NCBI RefSeq assembly: GCF_036321535.1
Contig: NC_087436.1
Location: forward strand, 15,872,001-15,936,000
From: Camelus dromedarius
Lineage: Eukaryota
Length of the DNA: 64,000 nt
Direction: 5' to 3'
In this document: positions 48,330-62,379 of the stretch, in pieces
Numbering within the stretch: position 1 is the first letter of the stretch
Layout of the letters: each line of letters starts with the position of its first letter
Position numbers and translations under genes: made by a program
Notes under the pieces: model-generated
The model's input: the letters and a program-made list of their open reading frames with translations, nothing else
Databases searched by the model: none
Told to the model about the DNA's origin: nothing

Positions 48330-51300
48330 TCTGTGATTTCTTAGAAATATAATTTAAAAGAGCTATATAAATATGTAGATAAATATAGAATTCTGTAGTA
48401 CTGTAATGTTGGTGCATAAATCACTTAATTTTGGAGACAAGCAAAAAATTTTCTTAATCTATGTTAATGGGTATACAATATAAAAGATAAAATTTTTGAC
48501 ATCAATAATGTAAAGTAGGGTGATGGAGATATAAAAGAACGAAGTTTTTGGTTTGTGGTTAAAGTTGTTACCAGTTTAGAATGTTGTAACTAATTATATA
48601 ATTTCCATCATAACCACAGAGAAAATACTTACAGAAGTTAAATGAAATATAAGGAGAAAGGGATCAAAACATATAAATAGCATATAAAGGGATGAAAGCA
48701 ATTAAATACAAAGGAAAGTAGTTAACAAGTCACAATGAACAAAATGACAATAGTAAATCTTTCCCTTTCAATAGTAACTCTTTAAATAATTATTTTAAAG
48801 GTGAATGGATTAAACTTCCAAAGCAAAAGAAATAGATTGGATGAATGGATTAAAAAACAAGTTCCAACTCTGTTTTGCCTTGGAGACATGCACTGAGGAC
48901 ATATATAGGCTTAAAGTGAAAGGATGGAAAAAGATAGTGCAAATGATAACCAAACGAGAGCAGAGGTAGCTGTACTTATGTTAGAAAAAAATAGGATTTA
49001 AGTCAAAAACTGTTTGTAAGAGATAAAAGAAGAAAATTATATAATGATAAAAGTGTCAGTTCACAAAGAAGATAAAACAATTAAAATATACACCTGGAGC
49101 AGTCCCTTAAAGCCGTCTGAGAGGCTGTCTCCTGAGCTTGAAGTTCTCAGAAAATCCACCCATTAAAACATAATTCTCCAAAAACAAACAAACAAACAAA
49201 CAAACAAACAAACAAACAAAAATATATATATACACACACACCCCTAACATCAGAGCTCCCAGATATATTAAGTAGATATTGACAGAATTGAAGGAAAAAT
49301 TATGCAGAAACACAATAATAGTGCATACTTCAATATGCTACTTTCAATAGTGGACAGAACAACCAGACAGAAGATCAGTAAGCAGAGATCTTAAACGACA
49401 ATATAGATCCATTGCACCTAACAGACATATAAGAACATCTCACCCAGCAACAATAGAGTACACATTCTTCTCAAGCTCACATGGAACCTTCTTTAGGATA
49501 GACCACATATTACCACATAACAAGTCTTAACAAATTTAATAATACTGAACTCATACCAGGTATTTTTTCCCTCACAACAGTGGAATGAAATCAGTAACAA
49601 AAGGAAACTGGAAAATACACAACTATATGGAAATTAAACAACATATTCTTAAAAAACTATTGGATCAAAGAAGAATTCGCAAGGGAAATTAGAAAATATC
49701 TTGAGACAAGTGAACTCTAAAACAACATACCAGAACTTACAGAGAAAGCAGTACTAAGAGGAAAGTTCATAGTGATAAATGCCTACTATAGAAAAAAGAA
49801 GGATCTAAAAATCAATAAATTAAGTCTACACCTCAAGGAACTAGAAAAAGAAGAGTAAACTAAACCCAAAGTTAGCAGAGGAATGGAAGTGATAAAAGGT
49901 TACAGCAGAAATAAATGAATTAGATATTAAAAAAAGACAAGAAAAAATCAGCAAAACTGAGTTTTTTTTTAAAGGAACAACAAAACGGACAAATTCTTAG
50001 GGTAATTAAGAAAAAAAGAGAGGACTTAAGTAATTAAAAGTAGAAATATAAAAGTAGGCATTACTCTTGAATATAATGAATGCCATGAATATAAAAAGAA
50101 TTGTAAGAGACTACTGTGAACAGTTACATGCCAGCAAATTGCATAGCCTAGAAGAAGTAGATATTCCTGGAAACATACAAGCCACCACTACTGAAGACAT
50201 AAAAATCTAAATAGACTATAGCTAGTAAGGAAATGGAATCAGTAATCAAAACCTCTGAATAATGAAAAGCCCAAGACTAGATGGCTTCACTGGAGAACTC
50301 TGTCAAACGTTAAAGAGTTAACACCAATCGTTAACACTCAACTCGTTCAAAAAATAAAGAGGAGGGAACACTTCCAAACTCATTTTATGAGGCCAGCATT
50401 GCTGTGAAAACAGAGCCAAATGAAGATGCTTCAAGAAAAGAAAGCTATAGATAAATACCCCTGATTAATATTAATACAGAAATCCTCAACAGTGTAGTAG
50501 CAAACCAAATTCAAGAGCACATTAAAAGGATTACACCCTATGAACAACTGGGATTTATTTCTGGAATGTGAGGCTGGTTCAACATAGGAAGATAAATCAA
50601 TGTGATACATCACATTAACAGAGTGGAGGACAAAAACTATATGATCATCTCAGTAGATTCAGAGAAACCATTTGATAAAATTCAACACCCTTTCATAATA
50701 AAAACACTCAACAAATTACATGTAAAAAGGAACTGCCTTAAAATTACAAGGCCATGTATGAAAAGCCCATAGCCTAACATCATATACAACAGTGAAAGAC
50801 TAAAATCTTTTTTTTTCTCCAAAATCAGGAACAAGGCAAGAATGCCCACTCTCACCACTTCTATACAACATAACACTGGCTGTCCTGGCCAGAGCAGTTA
50901 GTCAAGAAAGAGGAATAAGACGCATCCACATTAGAAAGGATAGTCAAATTATCTCTGTTCACAGATGACATAATGTATGTAGAAAACCCTAAAGATTTCA
51001 CAAAAAACTGTTAGTCAATAAACAAATTTAGCAAAGTTACAGGATACAGATCCACAACAACAAAAAGTTGCATTTTTATACACTAACAATGAAAAATCTG
51101 TTAAGGAAAATAAGACAATAATCCTATTTATAACAGCAAAAGAGGAATACTTAGGAATAACCTTAACAAAAAGGGCATAAGACTTGTACACTAAAAAGTA
51201 CAAAACATTGCTGAAAAAATTAAGGAAGACACAAATAAATGGAAAGATATGTTTATAGACTGAAAGACTTAATACTGTTAAAAATGCGTATTACTCAAAG

Positions 51301-52835
51301 TTCTGTGTAGATTCAATACAATTTCTATCAATATCCCAATGACCTTTTTTTGCAGAAATAGGAAAACTATCCTAAGATTCTCTTGGATCTCAAGGGTTCT
51401 CAAATAGCCAGAACAATTTTGAAAAAAATTAACAAAGTTAGCAGTCTCACACTTGAGTATTTCAAAACATATTACAAAGCTACAGCAATGAAAACATTAT
51501 GGTGCTTGCATAAAGGTAGATGCATAGTGTAATGGAACAGAGTGGAGTCCAGAAATGAACCTTTAATTTATGGTGAAATGATCTACAAGGATACAAAACC
51601 ATGCAGTGGGGAAAGATTAATCTCTTCAACACATCATGTTTTAAAAAGTGGATACCCACATGGGAAAGAATGAAGTTGGATCCTTACCTTATGCCATGTA
51701 TTAAAATTAGCTCAGAATGGATTAAATACTTAAACATAAGACCTAAATTCCTACATGAAATCAGAAAAGAAGCTTCCTGACATTGACTTTGGCACTGATT
51801 TCTTAGGTATGACACCCCCCAAAAATAGGCAACAAAGGCCCAAATAGACAAATGGGACTTCATCAAACTTAAAATCTTTTGTGCATCAAAACTTTTGTGC
51901 ATCACGGAACAGTGTGAAAAGGAAACCCGTGAAATGGGGGAAAATATTTCAAACCATTTATCTGATAAAGGGTTAATATCCAGAATATATGATGAACCCC
52001 AACAACTCAACACCATCAAAAAAAAAAAACCTCACTTAAAAAGTAGGCAAAGGATTTGAATAGACATTTTCCCAAAGATATATAAGTGGCCAGCCAACAA
52101 GCATATGAAAAGATGCTGAACATCGTTAGTCATCAGAGAAACATAAATCGGAATCACAGTAGATAATTACCTCACACCCATTAGGATGGCCATTGTTAAA
52201 CAAAATCACAGAAAATACGAAGTGTTGGCCAGAGTGTGAAGAAACTAGTCCCTTTATGCACTGTTGGTGGGAATTTAAAATGGAACAGCTCCTACAGAAA
52301 ACAATATGGTGATTCTTCAAGAAATTAGAAGTAGAATTACTACATGATTGAGTAATCTTACTTCTACATATATATATAAAAGACTTGAAAGCAGGATCTG
52401 AAAGAGCTGTATGTACACTCATGTTCACTGCAGCAGCATTCACAATAGCTAAGAGGTTAAAGCGGCCTAATTGTTTGGATGAGTGAATAAAGAAAATGTG
52501 ATATATATTTACAATGGAATATTATTCAGCTTTAAAAAAGAGGGGAATCCTGACACATGCTACAACATGGGTGAATTTTAAGGATGTTATGCCAGTCACA
52601 AAAAGACATTGCATGAATTATATAAAGTAGTCAAATTCATAGAATCAGGAAATAGAATAATGGTTGCCAGAGGATGGGGGAATGCTGAGATGTTATTCAG
52701 TGGGTATAGAATTTCCATTTTGCAAGATGTAAAAGTTCTAGAGATTTGTTATACAACAATGTACTGTAGTTAACACCACTGTACACTTAAAAATGTTTAA
52801 GATGGTAAATTTTGTGTGCTTTTTATCACAATTAA
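48330..52835 (+). mobile_element. Decayed L1 (L1MB-like), near-complete ORF2 + 3'UTR, sense to LRBA
   Basis: A-rich; EN start (aatggattaaac...aaaaga.atagattgg.tgaatggat), RT motifs (gatggcttcactgg, tctgttcacagatgacat = LFxDD), 3'UTR end ...gatggtaaatttt...cacaattaaa. Confidence 0.9.
49095..49220 (+). mobile_element. Short polyadenylated insert resembling an ERV1-type LTR U3/R end, with an (AAAC)n tail
   Basis: 85-nt non-L1 sequence, ATTAAA at 49162-49167, A/(AAAC)n tail from 49180, TT|AAAATATACACC target site. Confidence 0.65.
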
Positions 52836-53118
52836 AGGAATGAAAAAGACAAAATACGCTTTATATAGTACATTAAGTTCTACATTTTTTTCTAATGTAA
52901 GATTTTAATGTTAGGTTGACTTGATTTCCCTTATATCTTTAAAATGAGTTCAGTCTATTTTAGAAGTAATCAAGCATGCAGGGCTCCTCTTAACTGATAT
53001 TGTTAGAAGACTGATCAATGTTATGTGTCCCTGAATTTTTATATATGTGGTGATTTGCATTTAGCTTTTCTTTTTGTGGCATACAATCTTAACTGTTCCA
53101 CTTTTTATTAATTCTTAG

Positions 53119-53316
53119 GGTACATTTAAATTCAAAGCAGAAAGTGACCTGTTCCTTGCTGAGCATCACAAACTTTTATTGTATGATGGCAAACTCTCTA
53201 GTGCCATTGCATTCACATACAATCCACGCGCTACAGATGCCCAGCTCTGCCTCGAATCATCCCCTAAGGACAATCCTTCAATTTTTGTTCATTCACCGCA
53301 TGCGCTCATGCTCCAG
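53119..53316 (+). CDS. LRBA: LRBA coding exon (probably exon 10), 198 nt, [25 protein letters not shown]...SPHALMLQ
   Basis: ttcttag acceptor, CAG|gtacta donor; hand translation is open. Confidence 0.95.
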
Positions 53317-53486
53317 GTACTAACTTTTAAGAATGTCTTTAATGGTGAATATTGATGTATTATTGAGGTGTATGTGGTAGCTTCTATTAGTAAATACAGT
53401 CAATGTAACATTTGTTGTTCCTGTTATGTTTTAATTGTTTTGAAAAAGAATCATTGAATGCTTCACCATGTCTTCTATTTTATAAG

Positions 53487-53620
53487 GATGTGAAGGCAGT
53501 TTTAACACATTCCATCCAGAGTGCCATGCATTCAATTGGAGGAGTACAAGTGCTGTTTCCACTTTTTGCACAGTTGGATTATAGGCAATATTTATCTGAG
53601 GAGGTTGACTTGACTATATG
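53487..53620 (+). CDS. LRBA: LRBA coding exon (probably exon 11), 134 nt, [44 protein letters not shown](C)
   Basis: tataag acceptor, TG|gtgagt donor; within ORF 53412..53624. Confidence 0.95.
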
Positions 53621-54662
53621 GTGAGTGATTTTGTTTTTTCTTTAATTTGAAGTGAGATTTATTTTCATCGAGCTGCACAGTATTTATTCAGTGTATTAAA
53701 TTTGTTGTAAGGTTAAAAGAGAATATAAAGAAATTTGTGAACTATAATTATTATAAATTCAATAATAATAGTATTAATTTAAATTCTTTATCAGTAGGAA
53801 GCTTTAAAAACATAATAAAGTTTTTGAATAAAGTTGGGAACAGTGATAATGAATTTATCAGAAATGAATTCAGTTGTCTACAATGTATTTTTAAAATATT
53901 TTGAATTGTTATTTGGCAGTGATTTATTACAATAATTTAGCTTTTGATGGTTATTGATTGCAAGCAACTAATTAAAATCTAAAATTTTTGAGCAGTTATG
54001 AGTGATTTAGTGTTTTTTTAAAGTGTACATTCAGCACCTTTGTGTCTGCTGTTGAGCGTAAAGAAGAGAGACATATAAATTGCAGGATAAGTTATAAAAT
54101 GTTTAAGAGAATGTTGAAATTTTTCGCAGCTGTGTATTCTAGTGAAATTATAGTAATTATATTTCATTTATTACTTGAGCAATTTTAATGTTTTTTGTTC
54201 TCCCTTTTTGAAATTCTTTTTAATTTCTAATTTTATGCATAGCTTGACATATACAATGTATGTATTTAAGGATGTAATTTTTTTCAGGTTATTTTTAGGC
54301 AAAAAATGATTTTTGAAAAAGAATTGTGTATCGAAGCTAGTATTGACTGCATTTTAAAAAATTAAAATTATTCTTAACATATTACTACTTCATAAATTTT
54401 TTTTTTATCCTGATCTAAAACCTTTGTAACAGGGCTCAGTTATTTTTTTTCCTTAGTTATCCTTTTTTTTTTTTTTTTAAACTTTTTAACATCTTCATTG
54501 GAATTGCTGACAGTTAAAAGCACTTTTGCGGAGGAAGTTGGCTGCTCTCCCTTTCTTTGTGGGAGTCTCTCTTTGAGAAGGACGCTAACAGCTCACCTTA
54601 TTCCGTTCTATTTTGAGTAAAAGTTGTGCTGATGGAAGGATGGCTATTGCCCCTATTCAGTT

Positions 54663-54807
54663 GTTTCAAAAATTTTTATTCATTTATTTATTTTAAAGTG
54701 GGGAGGTAATTAGGTTTATTTATTTAATTTTAGGGGAAGTACTGGGAATTGAACCCAGGACCTTGTGCATGCTAAGCATGTGCTGTATCACTTGAGGTAT
54801 ACCCTTC
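54663..54807 (-). mobile_element. tRNA-derived SINE, camelid Vic-type
   Basis: Exact 13-bp TSD cccctattcagtt (54650-54662, 54808-54820); B-box ggttcaattccc on the minus strand. Confidence 0.92.
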
Positions 54808-55437
54808 CCCCTATTCAGTTCTAAAAGTCTTCTATATTGACTATGATTTTTTCTGTAGGGATAATGAGCAAAATTCTTAAATTAGTGTCTGAAGGCTTCA
54901 GTTTGTCTACAATTTTACTTTCTCATCTTTCCCTTTAGGAAAAACTCTGCTCCATTCAAATTAGTCCAGTCTGGAGCCCTAACACATTTTGAGGATTTCT
55001 ATACTAGTCTGTTTGCTCCGCATCTTTTCATTCTGTTTGTCCTCTAACCCTCCAAACTTGAATTTACTTGCTCATCCAAGTTACTTCCATTCTGAAAGGC
55101 TATGATATACTTTTATTAATATTTTATTACTTGTTTATAGACATTGCTAATTTTTCTCTATTTTTTGCATGTTTGTCATGTTGTTTCTAAGTAATTCACT
55201 TATTAATGTATTTGTGATAAAGTATATGAAATAAATATTTCAGTAATAAATCCTAATCTTACATTAGAATTTGAGTCCTAAAATAATGTTGGAGGCAGTT
55301 TTAGTAGAGCTTCAATTTCCTTGAAATGGACTCTTTTTATTAAGATAAATGAAGGACTGCATCTACTTAACCTTTTTTTTTTTTTTAAATAGAGTTTTGT
55401 TTTTTTTTTTCAACCATTATATTTTTTCTTATTCCAG

Positions 55438-55546
55438 TTCAACTTTGCTGGCTTTTATCATGGAGTTGTTGAAGAACTCAATTGCTATGCAAGAGCAGAT
55501 GCTTGCCTGCAAGGGCTTCTTGGTAATAGGATACAGTCTTGAAAAG
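55438..55546 (+). CDS. LRBA: LRBA coding exon (probably exon 12), 109 nt, STLLAFIMELLKNSIAMQEQMLACKGFLVIGYSLEK
   Basis: attccag acceptor, AAG|gtaaag donor; within ORF 55349..55582. Confidence 0.95.
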
Positions 55547-55852
55547 GTAAAGTATGAAATGCTTTACATTTTTTATTCTTAATTTACAGGCCATGAAACT
55601 TGGTCTCCTAAGTAGCTGAGAAATTCTGTCTGCAAGTGTGTCTCCTTGGTTATGGAAAATTACCTAGATTAAGATAACCTTTAGTTACTTTACCTTGCCC
55701 CCACTGCTTTATTAGAGAAGTGTGGTATTGGGTCTTAAGGCATCTTTAACTTTGACCGTAGTTTGTGAAACAGTTTTTTTTTCTGGTATTGACAGCCTTT
55801 AATTTACTTACTTTGCCTTGTGTTGGTAATGACCTTTGAAATATTTTCTCAG

Positions 55853-56005
55853 TCTTCCAAGTCCCATGTCAGCAGAGCAGTACTTGAACTTTGCCTTGCA
55901 TTTTCGAAATATCTGAGTAATCTGCACAATGGGATGCCCCTACTCAAGCAGTTGTGTGATCACATTCTTCTTAACCCAGCTATTTGGATTCATACCCCTG
56001 CCAAG
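55853..56005 (+). CDS. LRBA: LRBA coding exon (probably exon 13), 153 nt, SSKSHVSRAVLELCLAFSKYLSNLHNGMPLLKQLCDHILLNPAIWIHTPAK
   Basis: ttctcag acceptor, AAG|gtaata donor; within ORF 55820..56053. Confidence 0.96.
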
Positions 56006-57487
56006 GTAATACATATCTTGATTTTGTTTTTACTGTCTTTGCTAAGTTTTTGAACTTGAGAAGAGTGATAATTACGAGGATTTTCTTTTATTCTTTTACA
56101 TGCTGTTATTGTAAGATTTCAGTGGATTGCATTTTTGACTAAGTATACTAAGTCGATATTTCCCTCCCTCCCTCCCTTCCTTCTTTCCCTTGTAGAGTAA
56201 TACCAGTATTTTTAAAAAACAGAGCTATGGCTCTACTTTTCTGTTGTTAAATCAAATCAGATTTTATTTGAAAGAGACTTTGATTTGTTAAATATAAATC
56301 AAATTTGAATAGTTCAAATGTAACTGTGATTCCTATCAACTGTTGCTTTGTTCTATTGCAGAAGTACGTACATATATCTATGTATCTGTATGTATGTACA
56401 CATACATATATATATATATATATATACACACATAAGATATGTTTTTTCATTCTCTAACTCACCATGCTCTGTCTGCCGCTTCTTTACACACATATCCCTT
56501 CCAGCAACATGATGAACTCCTGAGTTTAATTAATTCTTACAGGAGCAGCTGAAATGTCACTCTTTCTTGAAGCCTTCCATGATATACTGGTCTCATTTAA
56601 TCATTTAAGTTTCACGTTAATTCAAATTATTAAATACAGTTATATTTTACACAGTAATGTATTTAGTAATAACAAAAACCAGTTGGTTTAAGTGAACATA
56701 AGTGAATTTGTGATAAAGAATATAAATGAAACCTTTGATATGTTGTAGTGTATTCAATTATCCTAAAAATTTAGTATTGCCAGTGTTAAGCAGGACTTGA
56801 AACAAATTTTTATTAAATTGCATAATTGTATCTGTCTTATCTGCAGTTTTGTTAGAGGTTGTGTTATTTCAAACCGATTAATTTCCTCTCTCCCCCTCTC
56901 CCTTTTGGTTCACTTGAAAGTGTTTATCATTGTTGAAGTTGGAATAGCACATACTAACTTTAGTTGTCAGTGTTAAGTTGCTTTTCTAGAGTCATAGTTT
57001 CTTATTTTCAGCTGCTCTTTTCAAATGTTAAGGAGAAAAACAGCTGCTGACTCTCTGATTGCCATTTGGAAATAATCAAAGGAGGCAGCTGGAGGTTGTA
57101 GCTTTTTATCTCCAGGTTCAAATTTGACCTCTTTCTTTTCTGTGACCCTCAGTCTTATTTCTTTTCAAGGATTGTTTCAAGTTACTTTTTAAACGTTTTA
57201 CTAAACACTTCTTTATCTTACTAAGCAGCATATTTGTAAGGCTTTGGACCTCTTTTGATGTGGTCAAAAAGCCTCTTTATAAAATTTTTCATTATATCAT
57301 TTCCTTAAGTTCCTAGTATTATTACACTCTATTTCTTACCTTTTCCTTGTTAATAATTTTCTTTAATTTCCTCTTTAGAATTTGCAATTGATTTGGTAAT
57401 ACTAAACTTAACTTTTGTTTCAGCCTTCTGCTTCGTGTATCCATGACGGGGGTTTATCTAATTTTATTATGAGGGTCGTTAATAACA

Positions 57488-57670
57488 AAGGGCAGATCCA
57501 AAGTTTGTTTGATCTGAAGGTCACACAGTTTGGGTGAGGAAGGGGCTTTTTATGAAAAGGAAAACAACATAATGCATACAAAATTCGTTTTAGGGTCATG
57601 GAAGGAACCTGTATAGATGGGTGGGTATATAGTTTAAGCTTCATTAACTTCATGGTAAATTCACCTCTGG
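57488..57670. mobile_element. hAT-Tip100 (Arthur1-like) MITE remnant
   Basis: gggcagatcc...ctgaag..acacagtttggg start; taagcttcattaacttcatggtaaattcacctctg end. Family recalled from memory. Confidence 0.55.
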
Positions 57671-58309
57671 TTACTGAAGTTAAGAGTATGGATATATGAA
57701 TCAAACTCTGCCTTTAGACAAGGATACTCACAGTCATTTGTGGTATCCATTTATCTTTGGTCTGCTCAGAGACAGGCTTTTTAATGACCTAACTAGAGAG
57801 ATGAGTTTTCTTGTAGGGAGTAGTCTTTCATTTGTTGAGTTGCTACTTTCTGCTGGGCACTATGGATACGGTGGTGAACATGACAGATGTAATTCCTGCC
57901 CTCATAAAACTTAGGTGTAATGGGAAAGACAGATGTTAACATGTAATTTGTGTGGTTATCAGATTATATAAAGAGTGAATGAAGAAAGGTTTATTCATAA
58001 TTAGAATGTGAATAATCTTGTCTCCATTCTTACCTCAATTTGTTGCTGTTAAATCCTATTCATTTTCTTTAATATAGTATCATTCTCAATAGAGTGACTT
58101 TCTACAGTTTTTTATATCTTAGTTTATCACTTTCTGTCTAGAATTCCAGTACGTTTTGAACATATCACTCTCATCAGATCATTTCTTAGCCCCCAAACTT
58201 GTAATGACTTCTCACTGTTTACTGCATTCAGTCTTCATACCAATTCTTCTTTCCAGTCTGAAAAACTTATTTATCCACAATGGCTGGGGAGTTACCAAAA
58301 GGTTATCCT

Positions 58310-58500
58310 AGAGTGGTAGTTCTTACTGTTGGGTGTCTGTATAGTTAGTTGGGAGAGGCTCTTTTTGGGAAACAAAAACAGAATTCCACTCTTTCCACCC
58401 TAGATTCTGATTTAATTGGTCTGGGACAGGACTCAGATATCAGTATTTAAATGTTTTTTAGGTGTTTTACTTCACAGTCAATATTGAGGATGGTTGTTCT
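58310..58500. mobile_element. MER5-like hAT MITE remnant
   Basis: ccaccctagattctgatttaattggtctggg motif. Confidence 0.55.
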
Positions 58501-59931
58501 AGATTTAGGGTAACCTTTTGTATCACCTACCATTTTCCCTGTTTGAAATTTCCTTTTTTGTTCTGTCTACCTGTTCTTTTGGGGATCTTCAACGCCTGCC
58601 TCAATACCTGCTCTATTAGTGAAGCTTTTCTTGACTATTTTAACTTATCCCAAATTAATTTCTCTGACCTCTGAATTCATAATATTTAGTAGCTCTGTGG
58701 CAGTCATTTTGCAACTAATTACGTATTGCCACATAACCTTTCTTATATTTCAGTAGGTGTCTTTATTACCTTTGGTTTTTCACTTAAACTTGTGTGTATG
58801 TTTTATCTTCTCAATTAGATTTTCAGCTACTGAGGGACAATGTCTATACCATTATTATTTCCAATTATACAGTGCTACGCATATAGGTAGATATAAATAT
58901 TTTTGAATGACTGAACTAGCACGGTTAAGAATTTGAACCATGCCATAGAAAGCATTACATGTCTTCAGTAACAAACTGATTTTATCCATTTGAACAGCAG
59001 TAGCTACATCAAACTAACGTTATCTTTCAGCAAGTCTATGGATCATAACATATTTATGGTTTTCTAAACTACACTCGTCTTCTAAGCCTCAATTTTATGT
59101 GGTTCAGAATCTACCAGCTTTTACCATGTATGGTTCCTGATTGACTCCCTAATTCATTTAGCCTTGATTAAGGCACCTCATTTTTATCTTTCAGGGTTAA
59201 AAATGAAATACTTAATATTGTTTAGTTTAAAAAAGTACATGCACTAGCAGTGCAATGAAAGATTACTGATTTTAATATGAAGTACAGCAAAAGTCGTCTT
59301 TATTTTGTGCTATTATGAGTACTGGAGTGTAGTTGTTTGTGAATTTTAGAGACTACAATGTTGTGGTTACAATCTTTGTAGTAATAAACTTATAACAGAA
59401 TCCTGTTTTTCTAATAAATATTTTTTAAGGTAGGCTTTATATGTCTTTGTATGATTTTCTTTCTTCTGACCTATTCTTACTTTTTTTCTTTTGAGTTACT
59501 CTCACTTTTTTCTTTCTTTTGAGTTATTCCATCTATTAATTTTTTTTATAAAACAAGACAATTTCTAGCTTTTTAAAACAACCATGCATAGCATAATAGT
59601 AGGTTTATTATAAAGAAATTATCCATGCTTGTGAATAATTGCTGATTGCTAAATAGGAATCAATTTTTTTCCATGGAGTAGTGCTGCAAAAATTTGATGT
59701 AATTGGGGTTTTTTACTTTAAAATGCTACTGTAAAAGAAGAAATTGCTTGGTTTCATCTTACAAGGAGTATATGTGCTTGTGAGTATGTTTACATAGATG
59801 TTATTATCAAGGTTAGTATCTTACTTTTTGGAACAAGTATGATCCAAGTAGAACAGCCTGAGGGTATCAGTGGAAACAGGTAGAATGCTGGTCTGCTTCT
59901 TTGATTTGAGCTCTTCATTTTGATTCTCTAG

Positions 59932-60100
59932 GTTCAGTTGACTCTCTATACTTACCTGTCCACGGAATTCATTGGCACAGTCAACATATATAATGCCATT
60001 CGGAGAGTTGGAACAGTGCTTCTCATCATGCACACACTGAAGTACTACTACTGGGCAGTGAATCCTCAGGATCGGAGTGGTATCACCCCAAAAGGATTAG
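59932..60100 (+). CDS. LRBA: LRBA coding exon (probably exon 14), 169 nt, [56 protein letters not shown]
   Basis: ctctag acceptor, TAG|gtatat donor; overlaps ORF 59938..60288. Confidence 0.95.
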
Positions 60101-62379
60101 GTATATCATCTGCATCTATATATTACGTTCTAAATATGGCAAGTCAGGATTTCCTTCCTTCCTTCCTCCCTTCCTCCCTTCCTACCCTTTCTTCGCAATA
60201 CAATTACATTATTCTGAAAATTTTTCTAAATCTCATCGTGGCAACTTTTATTTTAATCTTGTTGATAATTTTAATAGTTTGTCCTTAATTTTAGTAGTTT
60301 GTCCTAAATTGTGGTTGTCAGAGGTTAATAGCTTGATGCTTTTATAGAAGAATGCTGCTTTTGCTAGTTTGAGTTGTTTGGGGAGGAGATATGATTTGAA
60401 TGATTTTTAAGACATTGAGAATAAGAAGAAATGCTATATTAGCAACTGGTATCAATGCTGAGGCCAGTTATCACAATGAGAATCATTGACAACTTTTTTT
60501 TTTTTTTGGAGATGGAGATTTTTTGTAGGAGTAAGGAGTATCTGCTTCTAATAAATAATATAATGAGATTACAGAGTTTCAGTAGTTATTTTCCTGTATA
60601 ATCAGGACTAAATTACTGGAAGGGTAACATTCATTCGTCATGTCAGTAGTACATGGAAGGGATCAAAATACAAATTTTGACAAATGGTGGCTGTTTTGGT
60701 TATAAGTATTACAACACCTACTTCAAACCGTCTTATATCGTAAACGGGATTTAATCAGCTCATATAAGCTGGCAGTTTCAGTAGAACTTAGTGCAGAAGT
60801 TCTGAATATGGCCCTTGGACCCAATTTGTCTCTCTCCATTTCCCACTGCTGTGTTGGCTCTTTTCATATATTCTCTCCCTTTGTAGGAGCAAGCAGCCAC
60901 TCTCCCCTCACATCCTCACAACTTTAAATCCAGCAAAAGAGCATTTGCCTGCATCAGGCATTTCCAGTAAAAGTCCCTTTTCGTCTCTTTGCTGCTCATT
61001 GGCTCAGGTTGCATCATGTATCCATCCGTGTGGCAGGTATTCTTCACATTACCCAGGCATGGAGGCTCTTCTTACCTCCGTAACACAAGATCTGAGAGTG
61101 AAGATAGGTTCAGTCCCTTTATAAACATGGAGGGCTGTTGCTTGAAATCAGGAAATAGATTCTGGAAAGTCAAACAAATACATTCTGATTGTACTGAAAG
61201 GCTCTGGGCATTGAGTGACTCACAAAGACAAGGTTTCGTATTTGTACGTTACTTATTTTTTTTAATCCCTTTCAAAATAAACTGGATTTATTCTCAGAGA
61301 ATATGCTATGTATGATTTAGAAAGCTGTGAGGACACACAGAAGGTAAATGATCTGTTTAAGCTGGCAAGGTTGTGGCCAATCTAGTTAGGCCATAATTTC
61401 CCGGTAATTATTTCATGGTGCTGTAGGTGTATCATGTCCTGTCCTGGGTGTTAGTATTGTATTGTTGCTTTGATTTTTATAACTGATTAGTGACCTTGGG
61501 AAAGTCTCATACTTCAAGTGAGAGAGCTGGATGAATTTTGTGGTTCTGTTGTAACTCTAACCTGTTCTTTGTCTAGGAATTGTCATATGGAACAAATTTT
61601 AAACAATTTTCTTCCTATTTTAATTGATCTGTTCAAGGTCATGGTGGTCCTATGCTTTGGTGGTCTAGGGACTAGCTGTATATAGTGATTAGTGGGAGGA
61701 AAAGTGCAGAAAATATGAGGTGAACAATTACCTAAATTAGTATCTTAGAACAATGGGTGTTTTGTTTCAAAAACTTTCTTCTTTGGAATTATATGTTTGA
61801 GACATGAAAATTGACTATAATGTGAGCCATGTGTGACCAAGGACTTTTTCAAGAAGAGGAGACTCGTCAGAGGTAGTCAGCATAATGTTTCCCTTCTTCA
61901 TGAATGATACTGTGTTGAGGTAAACTTTTTGAGGTTTTTATGTTTGCTTATACAATGGTAACACTAGAAAAAAAGTTTTTTAAATACTAAATTCACATCC
62001 AAAGTTTAGATTTCTTTCTTTGTAAACTTATGTTACCATAGTAACATTCTCAGAGAGTCTTTTAAAACAAAATATAAATGCATGTTACTATGGAATACAG
62101 ATTTAACTTATTGCCTCATGTTTTGAAATTCCTTTGACTTTCCTCAAAAACAAACTTCTTCATTGCAGTTTCAACATAACCTATTTTGTACATTTAGAGC
62201 GTAGTATATACAATTGCATGTGAGACTGAGTGCTTGTCTTTTTAGAGACATAAAACTCTTTAGGAGACTGACCTTTATGTTTCTTGTAAATAAGTGGAAA
62301 AACTATTGGGAATGAGTATTTTATTTGCTTTGATGTCTTTGAAATACCCAGTATGTGTGTTTTTTCTTTTTTTTTAAAG

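Noticed and set aside
54462..54650. Poly-T followed by unique sequence, possible processed pseudogene end
   Set aside because: No TSD, polyA signal or recognisable source found.
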